A stretch of 64,000 nt of DNA from Octopus sinensis (taxonomy: Eukaryota): the NCBI RefSeq assembly GCF_006345805.1, contig NC_043014.1, positions 47,058,001 through 47,122,000 on the forward strand, written 5' to 3'. The notes under the pieces are model-generated. The model did not search any database. It was not told the DNA's origin and saw only the letters and a program-made list of their open reading frames with translations. The position numbers and the translations under genes are program-made. Shown one piece after another: positions 11,689 to 23,852 of this stretch; within the stretch, counting starts at the first letter, position 1, and every line of letters begins with the position of its first letter.

Positions 11689-11949
11689 ATACATATATGC
11701 GACAGGCTTCTTTCAGTTTCCGTCTACCAAATCCACTCACAAGGCGTTGGTCGGCCCGGGGCTATAGCAGAAGACACTTGTCCAAGATGCCACGTAGTGG
11801 GACTGAACCCGGAACCATGTGGTTGGTAAGCAAGCTACTTACCACACAGCCACTCTTGTGCCCATTGTTGAAAAAAAATGTTGAACTCTATATTATATAT
11901 TTTTTAATGTAACAAATATTTTGTATATGACTGATATCGGTCACCTTAA

Positions 11950-12843
11950 CCCTTTAGCATTTAAACCAACCATATCCGGTCCAAATTTGCTACCCATTTT
12001 ATGTTTTGGCCAACCAGATCCTGCCTATCACACTTACCCTTCATTGCCGTTATAAAATATACAATCACCCCATCAAACTTTCAAAGCTATGATTCATCAT
12101 CATTGTTCAACCATGGTCGAGACAATGGAATTTACCATGCTACGCCAGACTTCACGGTCCATCATGGCATTACGGAGGTCCTGTTGCTGGATGCCTGTAT
12201 CCCTGGAGATTACATCAGGGTAGGAGAGTGTGCGCCCTCTGGTATTGCGAGTAGATGGCTTCCAGAGGAGAAGAGTAGAAATTACCTCTTTTTCAGCTCT
12301 ACAACGATGTCCAGCAAACTGAACTCTCCTACCTTTCACAAGAGATGACACAGGTGGTAGTTTCCCCATATATTTGCATTTTGTATGTAATGTATGATTA
12401 ATTAAAAACAATGGCACCTGTGTCGGTGGCACATAAAAAACACCATCCGAGCGTGGCCGTCTGCCAGCCTCGTCTGGTACTTGTGTCGGTGGCACATAAA
12501 AAAACACCATCCGAGCGTGGCCGTCTGCCAGCCTCGTCTGGTACTTGTGTCGGTGGCACATAAAAAAACACCATCCGAGCGTGGCCGTCTGCCAGCCTCG
12601 TCTGGCACCTGTGTCGGTGGCACATAAAATCACCCACTACACTCTCGGAGTGGTTGGCATTAAGAAGGGCATCCAGCTGTAGAAACACTGCCAGATCTGA
12701 CTGGCCTGGTGCAGCTCCTGGCTCCCCAGACCCCGGTCGAACCGTCCAACCCGTGCTAGCGCGGAAAACAGACGTTAAACGATGATGATGATGAATGAAT
12801 GGAAAAGCATTACATTTGACAGAATAATTTGAATGCTAAAGGG
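11950..12843. mobile_element. piggyBac-like MITE (second family; related copy 42234-42453) hosting a nested RTE fragment and a family-B retroposon
   Basis: TTAA|CCCTTTAGCATT...AATGCTAAAGGG|TTAA termini. Confidence 0.72.
12088..12369 (-). mobile_element. 3' fragment of an RTE-clade LINE
   Basis: RRVQFAGH...RGR...DTG...AMMDREVWR, the typical RTE C-terminus, followed by a GAT-repeat tail. Confidence 0.8.
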
Positions 12844-13050
12844 TTAAACAATTATTTCATTTCTTTTGTTAATAACAGAATCTATTGTACATTGATATAT
12901 GATCTTAAGCTATATTATATGATGTTTGTTATGGAACAAAAATATTACTGACAGCAACTTTTAGAATTTGAATATCAAACGTCTAAAGGAGGTGAATTTT
13001 TATATAATATACTCTGAAAACCATTTTCTTGTTCTGTTATTCTTATCTAT

Positions 13051-13431
13051 GGAGGCGCAATGGCCCAGTGGTTAGGGCAGCGGACTCGCGGTCATAGGAT
13101 CGCGGTTTCGATTCCCAGACCGGGCGTTGTGAGTGTTTATTGAGCGAAAACACCTAAGCTCCACGAGGCTCCGGCAGGGTATGGTGGTGATCCCTGCTGT
13201 ACTCTTTCACCACAACTTTCTCTCACTCTTACTTCCTGTTTCTGTTGTACCTGTATTTCAAAGGGCCGGCCTTGTCACTCTCTGTGTCACGCTGAATATC
13301 CCCGAGAACTACGTTAAGGGTACACGTGTCTGTGGAGTGCTCAGCCACTTACACGTTAATTTCACGAGCAGGCTATTCCGTTGATTCGGATCAACTGGAA
13401 CCCTCGTCGTCGTAACCGATGGAGTGCTTCC
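13051..13431 (+). mobile_element. tRNA-derived SINE, family D (young full-length copy; second at 41264-41640; older copies ~32219-32540 and ~33114-33435)
   Basis: tRNA-like head GGAGGCGCAATGGCCCAGTGGTTAGGGCAGCGGAC...GGTTTCGATTCC; TSDs GTTATTCTTATCTA (14 bp) and AGGTATATTAG (11 bp). Confidence 0.85.
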
Positions 13432-13487
13432 TAGTTATTCTTATCTACATCAAGAATTATTGTTATAACTTTAAAAGGCGGCGAGCT

Positions 13488-14060
13488 GGCAGAAACGTTA
13501 GCACGCCGGGCGAAATACGTAGCCGTATTTCGTCTGCTGTTATGTTCTGGGTTCAAATTCCGCCGAGGTCAACTTTGTCTTTCATCCTTTCGGGGTCGAT
13601 AAATTACGTACCAGTTACGCACTGGGGTCAATGTAATCAACTTAATCCGTTTGTCTGTCCTTGTTTGTCCCCTCTGTGTTTATCCCCTTGTGAGTAGTAA
13701 AGAAATAGTCATTTCGTCTGCCGCTACGTTCTGAGTTCAAATTCCACCGAGGTCGACTTTGCCTTTCATCCTTTCGGGGTCGATAAATTACGTACCAGTT
13801 ACGCACTGGGGTCAATGTAATCGACTTAATCCGTTTGTCCCCTCTGCATTTAGCCCCTTGTGGGTAGTAAAAAAATAGGTATTTTGCCCGTTGCTATGTT
13901 CTGAGTTCAAATTCCACCGAGGTCGACTTTGCCTTTCATCCTTTCGGGGTCGATAAATTAAGTACCAGTTACACACTGGGGTCGATGTAATTGACTTAAT
14001 CCGTTTGTCTGTCCTTGTTTGTCCTCTCTGTGTTTAGCCCCTTGTGGGGAGTAAAGAAAG
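13488..14060 (+). mobile_element. Meta-domain tRNA-SINE, family C, here as a head-to-tail trimer. Other copies: 36269-36485, 37385-37600, 38920-39400, 48705-48935(-), 50990-51360(-), 51650-51880(-), 61455-61690(-)
   Basis: GGCGAGCTGGCAGAAACGTTAG...GAGTTCAAATTCC head; Meta-SINE core CCTTTCATCCTTTCGGGGTCGATAAATTAAGTACC. Confidence 0.85.
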
Positions 14061-16069
14061 ACCAGAGTTATTGCTATAACTTTAATTCACACTATCACAT
14101 CGCATATTTTTTCCCTTTTACTTGTTTCAATCATTAGACCGTGGCCATGCTGGGGTACTGCCTTGAAGAAGTTTTAGTCAAATGTATCAAGCCCAGTACT
14201 TATGTTTTTTGCTGAACCGCTAAATTACGTAGATGTAAACACATCAGCACCAGTTGTCAAATGGGGGTGGACAGACACAAAGACACATGCAGGTATATAT
14301 ATGTGTGCTTGAGGAGACCACCCTGTGCTTGGGGAGACCTATTGAGTCAAGTACATCAACATCATAAAATCAAATGGAAATTGTAGTTGTGATACCTGTG
14401 CCGGTGGCATGTAAAATGCACCATCCGAACGTGGCTGATGCCAGCGCCGCCATGACTGGCTTCTGTGCCGGTGGCCCGTAAAAAGTGCCAACCTCGCCTG
14501 GCACGTAAAAAGTACCCACTACACTCACGGAGTGGTTGGCATTAGGAAGGGCATCCAGCTGTAGAACCACTGCCAAATCAGACTAGTCTGGTGCAGCCTC
14601 TTGGCTTCCCAGACCCCGGTCGAACTGTCAAACCCATGCTAGCATGGAGAACGGACGTTAAACGATGATGATATATATATATATATATATATCAGTGGCA
14701 ACTCCAGCATTCGGGCTGTTTGGGCTTAGCCCAAGTATAAATTTAGTAAACTGAAACATGTATTTGCAAGCTGATTTAATCTCTGTCAACACTGACTTTA
14801 AGTATGTAAGTGCAGCCAATAACTCAGGTTCCTTTTATTGAGCTTGATCGCAGTTCATTTCTTTTCGTTCAGTGTCTGGCAGTCGTCTTAGAGGTGCCCT
14901 GTGTTAAAAAGAATCATTCGTAGCAGACATTCTCTCGGCATCATTCACACGTGCCTAACTCGGGCTCAGAAGTTACAGCCCAAGTTATCTATCATCATCA
15001 TCATCATCATCATTTAGCGTCTGTTCTCCATGCTAGCATGGGTTGGACGGTTCAACTGGGGTCTGTGAAGCTGGAAGGCTTCATCAGGCCCAGTCAGATC
15101 TGGCAGTGTTTCTACGGCTGGATGCCCTTCCTAACGCCAACCACTCCGTGAGTGTAGTGGGTGCTTTTTACGTGCCACCTGCACAGGTGCCAAAAAATTA
15201 AAAAGTAATTCGAATTCAATGTTTTCTTGAAACAATAAATTTCTATAGAGATTAAGATTTAAATTCCAATCTATGAAAAGCTTCTATCCTACAATATTCT
15301 TAAACGAGCAAAAAATTATCCAGCAACTCTGGCTAATACGAATAAGCCTGGTAGGTGTAAAAGACTAACTGGTATCTCTTGTCAAGAGTACAGGCAACAG
15401 TTAGATTGCTGATGTTTGTTGTGCACTCTGCTGTCATTATTTGATTGCTGTTCTTCTGTGCATTTGTGCATAAAGATCAGTTGTATTTTGCAGGGTTGCT
15501 TTATTTTAACCCCTAACTTAGAAATGGAGAAAGACAAAGTGCTAGATATAAAAAATAAGCCATTTGGAGTTAGAAATATTGCAGAAAAACATGAAATTCT
15601 TCAAGCAGGCATGTGTCTTAGGCAAAATCTGTGCTGAGACAGAGTAACGCTGATGACCTGGAGTTTCCTCTGATATATATATATATTTAATTCCAAGAAA
15701 GAGGTTGTGAATCCAACCAACTAAGGGATAATCTCTATCCAATATACTGCCGGTAGAATACCCAATTATTAATACACAAATGTTTTTTCATTGCATGGCA
15801 ATTACACTACTGAATATAATAAATGGGTGAGGGTAAAAAGTTGTTTTTTTTTTTTAAATAAATAAATAGACATAAAATAATGTCTAAAAGTTGATAAATA
15901 CTACCTCTTGATCCCCTCCATTTTCTTATATATATATCTATAGAGAGAGAGAGAGATGCAGCATGGAATTTTGTCAGTGAACAGGTCATGGTCTCAAAGC
16001 GACGAAAATATTTTGGCAAATTAAATTTAAATGTTGAAGTGAATCTAACGATTTTTGTGTGTTTCTTAA

Positions 16070-16585
<516 letters not shown>

Positions 16586-16589
16586 TCGT

Positions 16590-17462
16590 ATCAATATCAA
16601 AATTTGTTACAACCCGGCAGGACAAGTGAGACCACAACCCATGGCCTCTACCTGGGATGTAGCCAGTCCACTTATGCATACCTTTCCTTCTTGGGACACA
16701 AAACTCTACTTGTGAAGACTTGTTGAGGCAAGTGAGAATCAGAATCGAAATCGAAATCAATGGAAATTGCAACTGTGATACCAGTGCTGGTGGCACGTAA
16801 AACTCACCAGCCCCATCTGGCACCTGTGCCGGTGGCACGTAAAAAGCATCATCCGACCGTAGCTGTTTGCCAGCCCCGTCTGGCACCTGTGCCCGGTGGC
16901 ACGTAAAAAGCATCATCCGACCGTAGCTGTTTGCTAGCCCCGTCTGGTACCTGTGCCCGGTGGCACGTAAAAAGCATCATCCGACCGTAGCTGTTTGCCA
17001 GCCCCGTCTGGCACCTGTGCCGGTGGCACGTAAAAAGCATCATCCGACCGTAGCTGTTTGCCAGCCCCGTCTGGCACCTGTGCCCGGTGGCACGTAAAAA
17101 GCATCATCCGACCGTAGCTGTTTGCCAGCCCCGTCTGGCACCTGTGCCCGGTGGCACGTAAAAAGCATCATCCGACCGTAGCTGTTTGCTAGCCCCGTCT
17201 GGCACCTGTGCCCGGTGGCACGTAAAAAGCATCATCCGACCGTAGCTGTTTGCCAGCCCCGTCTGGCACCTGTGCCCGGTGGCACGTAAAAAGCACCCAC
17301 TACACTCACACAGTGGTTGGCGTTAGGAAGGGCATCCAGCCGTAGAAACATTGCCAGATCAGACTGGGCCAGGAGCAGCCTTCTGGCTTCCCAGACCCCA
17401 GTTGAACCGTCCAACCCATGCTTGCATGGAAAGCGGACGCTAAATGATGATGATGATGATGA
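16590..17462 (+). mobile_element. (GAT)n-tailed non-autonomous retroposon, family B, with an internal 63-64-bp VNTR. Other copies: 6790-7065, 12400-12795, 14310-14670, 14995-15190, 17465-17910, 18330-18595, 19071-19366, 27830-28005, 33685-33830, 42705-42890, 48095-48340
   Basis: Conserved CACTCGGAGTGGTTGGCGTTAGGAAGGGCATCCAGC...CCAACCCATGCTAGCATGGAAAGCGGACGTTAAACGATGATG 3' end. Confidence 0.85.
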
Positions 17463-18699
17463 TCATTCGTTTAGCGTCCGCTTTCCATGCTAGCATGGGT
17501 TGGACGGTTCAACTGGGGTCTGGAAAGCCAGAAGGCTGCTCCTGGCCCAGTCTGATCTGGCAATGTTTCTACGGCTGGATGCTCTTCCTAACGCCAACCA
17601 TTCCGTTAGTGTAGTGGGTGCTTTTTATGTGCCACCAGCACAGGTGCCATTCAAGGCTGGCAAACGGCCATGATCAGATGGTGCTTTTTACGTGCCACTG
17701 GCACGAGGCCAGTCGGGGCGGCGCTGGCAACGGCCATGTTCGGATGGTTCTCTTACGTGCCACCGGCACTGGTATCACAGCTGTAATTTCCATTGATGTT
17801 GATCGATTTCGATTCTCACTTGCCTCAACAGGTCTTCACAAGTAGAGTTTTGTGTCCCAAGAAGGAAAGGTATGCATAAGTGTACTTGCTACATCCCATG
17901 TAGAGGCCACACACACACATGATGGACTTCTTTCAGTTTCCGTCTTCCAAATCCACTCACAGGGCTTTAATCAGCTCAAGGCTATAATAGATGACACTTG
18001 TCCAAGGTGCCATACAGTGGGACTGAACCTCAAACCATGTAGCAGGGAAGCAAGCTTCTTACTACCCTCGCCAGTATTCATCCCAAGTTGGAATACAACC
18101 TATTTCCTAACATAAGGCCTATACATGTTTATAAGACAAACCCACATTTAACTATGAAATATATTAATATAGACAATATGCTAATGAAAAATGTATATCA
18201 GTTGTTTTCCTGAAGACTGGAAATGAAAAACAAAAGCTAAACAAACCATTAATACAAGTGGTCTAGGAGTATGAAACCATTTGCCCTAAAACATAATCAA
18301 CCTCAGTGCTTTAGCCATTTCAAAAGACATGCATCGCCTGGCCCCCGTGCCAGTGGCACGTAAAAAGCACCATCCGATCGTGGCCGTTTACCAGCCTCGT
18401 CTGGCACCTGTGCCGGTGACATGTAAAAAACACCCACTACACTCACGGAGTGGTTGGCGTTAGGAAGGGCATCCAGTTGTAGAAACATTGCCAGATCAGA
18501 CTGGGCCTGGTGCAGCCTCTTGGCTTCCCAGATCCCAGTGAAACCGTCCAACCCATGCTAGCATGGAAAACAGATGTTAAACGATGATGATGATGTCTCC
18601 ATCACTCGATATCATTAATTCTTTTGTTACCATATTTCTGTCAACATTACTCTAGACCCAACACACCTAAAACTCCAAATGAACACACAAAATACATAG

Positions 18700-19460
18700 A
18701 CCCCAAAATAATAAACCTATCTAAAAGAGAACATATCGAAAATGAAATGTCCCTGCAACTAAAAGGCCTCAAATTTACACCCATACCCATTCACAATCTC
18801 ATAGAACTAAAATCTGATATAGACAACTTTAGCCTTATGGAATTCTTTGAAAATAAGGAAACAGAAGAAAAAATCCCATTTCACCCCTTACAAGGGAAGT
18901 AACAAACAGACACATACATAGAGGCAATCTCCAAATTCCCTCTCAACACACATAAATGCAAACAGAACCTCCACAGAGGAGAAAAACAAGCCTTACAAAA
19001 ACTAAAAAATAACAAGTTGATCATTATAAAAGAAGTTGACCTAGGTGGGGCAATAGTAATTATGGATAGAGAACCATCCGGACATGACCGTTGCCAGTGC
19101 CGCCCCGACTGGCCTCGTGCCGGTGGCACGTAAAAAGCACCATCCAATTGTGGCCGTTTGCCAACCTCATCTGGCACCTGTGCCAGTGGCACGTAAAAAG
19201 CACCCACTACACTCACAGAGTGGTTGGCGTTAGGAAGGGCATCCAGCCGTAGAAACACTGCCAGATCAAACTGGGCCTGGTGCAGCCTTCTGGCTTCCCA
19301 GACCCCAGTTGAACTGTCCAACCCATGCTAGCATGGAAAGCGGACGCTAAACGAAGATGATGATGGTGATAAAGACTACTACAAAGAAAAGATACTGGAG
19401 TTGCTTAACAACCAGACATACTATAAAGAGGAATCAACACCACCGGAGAAAGTAACATTA
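18700..19460 (+). mobile_element. Penelope-like element RT N-terminal fragment, interrupted by a family-B retroposon at ~19071-19366
   Basis: KIINLSK...LKGLKFTP.P..N..ELKSDI; then EKQALQKLKNNK.IIIKE.D.GGAIVIMD; after the insertion, DKDYYKEKILELLN..TYYK. Confidence 0.8.
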
Positions 19461-19721
19461 AAAAAAGATTGGAACATTAGGCAATGAATACTAGAACTCC
19501 TTTACAGACAAGGAGAAAGGCTATGCAACTCAAGAACCAATCTATGTATGTCTGCCTATCTGTCTGCCTAGAAATTTGTAAAGAATATACGAAACTGGTT
19601 ATTTCTCCAAAAACAATATTTTATAATATTTTCCTAACATGACGATTTTAATATATTTTTAACCATATAATACAAACGTTTGGTAGTTTTTAATTCTATT
19701 TTGTTATATATATATATGATA

Positions 19722-20009
19722 CTAGCAGTATCGCTCGGGTTTGTAAGGGAAATAACCATATAAGCATTTTTAGAGAGTTACTTCCCTTATATAAACCGAG
19801 CAGAAAATCATTAAAAATTATGGTAATTTTTTTTTTTAATCGTAGACTCAACGTAGACGCGCGCTAATACCCAGAAGGGCTCGTTATGAATCATGACTAT
19901 AAGATACCCGCTTTTGGTTAAACTGCACCGCAAAATGTGGGAGTAGTTAGGAATCTAAATCGGAGGAGACAGACTCTCACACACACAACTTCAGTTTTAT
20001 ATATAAAGA
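19722..20009 (-). mobile_element. Non-autonomous Helitron
   Basis: Minus strand reads A|TCTTTATATATAAAA...CCCGAGCGATACTGCTAG|T: canonical TC/CTAG ends at an AT target with no TSD. Confidence 0.8.
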
Positions 20010-20432
20010 TTAATGGAAAAGGAAAGTAGAGCCACGGAAGGACGAGCATTTCAGGTCATTTAGAATACTTAATTAAAGGTAAATGGAAAAGTAGAAGTAA
20101 CTAATTTCTTACAGCTGTTTCTGGGATATCCCAGATGATGGGATGACATCTCCATACACTGGGTATTCCGACATCGGAGACAATGTATGGATGCAAAAAA
20201 GTTCCAGATTGAGAATTCTCTCTCTGGAATTTTCCTGCATACATACTTTGTCTCTGATGTCGGAATACTCAGTGTATGGAGATGTTGAACCATCACCTGG
20301 GATATCCCAGAAACAGCTGTAAGACATTAGTTACTTGTACTTCTCCATGTTTGATTCACCTTACTTTAATTAAATATTCTAAATGACCTGAGATACTCGT
20401 CCTTCCTTGGCTTTGTTTTCCTTTTCCATTTA
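20010..20432. repeat. Older imperfect foldback element (~200-bp arms)
   Basis: e.g. CTTACAGCTGTTTCTGGGATATCCCAG vs CTGGGATATCCCAGAAACAGCTGTAAG; arms diverged throughout. Confidence 0.8.
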
Positions 20433-20778
20433 TACCTCCTGGCTCGGAAGCCTGTTACGGATCCCTAGCTCCAGCCCCAACGGACGACTAATTATAGCAA
20501 TTTACGCTGCCTACCTATTGGTTTAGATCAACAGTGAACTAAAACCTCATAGTCCTCAAATGTATATGTGTGTGTGTGTGCGTATATATGTGTGTGTATA
20601 TATACATACATACATATATATGTTGTACTGTGTGGGTAAGATAAACAAAAAATGTACTCCATATGCTACGTGGGCACAACCTGTGAATTGCGTGAAGGGA
20701 CTAGACGTGTTAAAAAAATGCTAGCTCATAAATTTATATACTGTGTTTCTTAAATTGTCTGTGTGTAGTATATATCTA

Positions 20779-21026
20779 TATACAAAGTGTCCGGAAATCT
20801 CCGGCAATTTCGGCGATTTCTGCAATCTCCGGCAATTTCCGACGATCTTCGGTAATCTCCGGCGATTTCGGCAATCTCTGGTAATCTCCGGTAATTTCGG
20901 CAAACTCCGGCGATTTCGGTAATTTCCGGTAATTTCGGCAATCTCCGGCGATTTCAGCAATTTCCGGTAATCTTCGGCAATTTCCGGTAATCTCCGGCGA
21001 TTTGGGGGCAATGTCCGGCGATCTCA
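20779..21026. repeat. CpG-rich 9/10-bp minisatellite CGG(C/T)(A/G)AT(C/T)T(C)
   Basis: About 25 degenerate units (ccggcaattt / cggcgattt / ccggtaatct); the LPEI/AEI ORFs over it are artefacts. Confidence 0.9.
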
Positions 21027-23089
21027 GTCTATACTTCGTTTTCTTAGAATAGAGTACGACGAATAACATAGTTCTGGGCTCCCTGAACATAGGGAAAAGA
21101 TAGAATACTTTATCGTACAGACCTACTCGATCAGAGCTGATAGGAGGTAAACAACAGCAGCAACCGGCCATTATATTGTAGATAACTTAAATAATTTATT
21201 CCACTGGCTTAAACTGTTCAAAAATCTAGGGAGGGGGGCAAAATGAGTAATTTCTGATCTCTCGTTATTTTCTCTCTGCCAGTTCGAAATCATTACATTA
21301 GGAGCAAAAACTGGTCAGTCAGCGTAGTTGTTGAAATTGAGAGAATCTGAAATATAGGTGACAGGGTCTTCTTTTTTCTTACTTCCAAGAAATTTTTCCT
21401 TTACTTTTTAATCTGATTGGGATCTTTTCGGTTTGAACGGCAGTTTTTTTCTAGCGGAGTCATATAAAATTGTCACCCATAATTATGACCCTAGTATCGA
21501 TCTATTGCATTTCAATCTGTTATAGGGTTAGGGGTGGGGGAAGGGTATCTTTTTTTTTTTCAGAAATGTAAATAAACCCAATCTGTTTCTTAAACGAGGG
21601 ACATTCATACGGCACAGAATGTTTTTTTTACCTCAATGGACATCAGTGATTGGTTGAAATTGCAGAAATTGAAGAAAAAAACAAATATCTTACAAACTAT
21701 AGAATTTTCTTAATAAAGCCAAGAGAAAAAAATGTTTCATAAACACATTCTACCAGTATACAAAGTTTAAAAGTGTTTAGTTATGTGGAAATTATTTTAA
21801 AAAACTGCCGGTCAATAGAGGTTGTTAATAAAACATCTGGATAATTTTTAGTGCTTAACAATCAATATTCATTTCTCAGTTGGATTCCAAGTCAGTTTTT
21901 ACCCAAACTAATATCTAATTTGATAATTTTCAAGTTTCAAAATTAAATAAATAAGTAAATGAATAAATGGGGTAAAATGAGTAATGACTAATTTAAAAAA
22001 TTTCTTCTTCTTAATTGCATAGTGTGTAAATATATCACGAACAGGACACTCCAGTTGATCGTGAAGAAATTATAGAGAATATTTTATGTTGAATTTGTTT
22101 TATGAAGTTAATTTCATATCATGTGCCATTTTTCCATGATATTATTTCAACTGACCTAGATTTTTTAATTAACTTTTTTTTAATTTCGGATGTGTTGGGG
22201 TGAATATTGATGTGTATGAGTCTGTTTTCGAGAGAATTGAAGCAGCAAATATACTCTATCTCAAATTCAAAAATGCAGTAAAAAAAAAAAAGAAACCCAT
22301 TGTGCCCCACTCGATTATTCCCGTCGAGTTTTTGACAAGAAAAAGTTATTCGATTCAGTAAGTCAAGTAATCCAAGTTAAATATTTACATTCCCATAACT
22401 GTTGATCGTTATTTTAATTAAGCTGCTTCTTCCCAGTTTATACTTATCATTAAGAAAGCAACTAAATAACGAACACACACTAATAATCTATCGTTTAGCG
22501 TATCGAGTAAACAAAGTTTCTCTTTGTTCAATCGGAGGCGACATTTTTTTCAGCCTTATCTACGGATGGCCAAAAGGAAAACCTTTTTTTTTTTAATATT
22601 TTTTGTAACTTAAATATGCAACAAATCTGATTTTGAAATAGTTTGTAGAATAAAATTTATGGAAATACAAAAAGATTGCGTTGTTTTTATTTCTTCCAGT
22701 GAACGATATTCGTAAATTCGTTTTCTTTCGGTAATTCTGTTGCTTCTTTGTATAAAATAATATTTATGGTCTCTCATAGTTATTAATGCTAGCTTTGTAA
22801 TACTTTATAGGACAAATAGCAAAAACGACAAATAATTGATATCGTTATTTCTAAGAGAATCACAGTCATGAATGTTGAGGGGAAGGTCTAATCGGTTGAA
22901 TAGATCCGCAGTACTTAACAGGTACTTTTAATTACCAACCCTCTCTCACTCCTCTTCTAAAAGGTAAAGGTAACCTTAACGGGATTTGAACTCACGACGT
23001 TGAGAGTCGTTAACTAAATCTAAAACGATATTTTGTTTACGGTATTTTAAAAGTTTTGCCTCTCGATTGTCGTGTATTTATAATTGTCC

Positions 23090-23482
23090 GGCAATCTTTC
23101 GTCTCTAGTAGACCTTTCCGTCGATTTCCGTAAAAATTTTTTTTTTTTTTCACATATGGGCTTGCGGGAACTTTTGAAGTAATGAGAGCGAAAGAGACTA
23201 AGAGAAAGCGATTGTATGACGAGGGAAGTTCTTTTGAAGTTACCGTGCATGTGAAGCATTGATGTACATGTGTGTGTGTGTTTGATGGGGTGTGGGAGAC
23301 AGACAGTATGTTGTGTAAGTGAAGTGCTTCTGTTAGTGTGTGTGTGAAGAGACAGAGAGAGAGTAATGTGTCTCTTTCGCTCTCGTTACTTCAAAAGTTC
23401 CCGCAAGCCCATATGTAAAAGAAAAAAAAAAAATTTTTTTACGGAAATCGACGGAAAGGTCTATTAGAGACGAAAGATCGCC
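23090..23482. mobile_element. Merlin-like MITE family M1, copy 3, ~370 bp upstream of the TPM gene ATG
   Basis: Same TIRs and internal sequence; flanked by a 12/13-matching direct repeat TTTATAATTGT(C/T)C. Confidence 0.8.
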
Positions 23483-23852
23483 TTTATAATTGTTCTAATG
23501 TCATAATAAAACCGAGCGGGGGGAAAAAAAAAAAAAAAGTTAGTTGTAAAAAGTTTTCTCGTTATAAACGAGAGATGAAGGTGGGCGAAGGAAGTAATTG
23601 CAGAGAGGAAACACCATGTATGGCAACATGTGTTTAGTTGTTGCCTGACTAGTTGTGCTGGCTCACTCACTGCTGGACCAGAAACCACATATACACACTC
23701 TCTCTCTCCTCTATTTATTTCTCCCACACACAGAAAACAATAACACTCCTTACAGCCTACATTTTTCTCTCTCTAAACAATAAACTAGACATTTTCGTAT
23801 CTCCTCTACCTTGGATTTGTGTTTGTAACCTTGTGACAGAAGGAAAAGAGCC

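Noticed and set aside
13051-13125. tRNA gene (also 41264-41340 and the heads of families A and C)
   Set aside because: The tRNA-like head continues into a ~300-bp body with TSDs and no clean acceptor stem or terminator, so it is a SINE.
15527-15637. Short MEKDKVLDI... ORF as a first coding exon of the ZNF; also candidate exons at ~29080-29330 and ~41650-41950
   Set aside because: No recognisable domain, stops in most frames, and no consistent splice path can be shown without transcript data.
16810-17295. CRISPR-like regularly spaced repeat
   Set aside because: The units are contiguous and near-identical with no unique spacers, there are no cas genes, and the context is eukaryotic SINE DNA.
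20721-21171. Repetitive LPEIAEI proteins from the ORF track
   Set aside because: Mixed 9/10-bp units break any single frame; ORFs in three frames are minisatellite artefacts.
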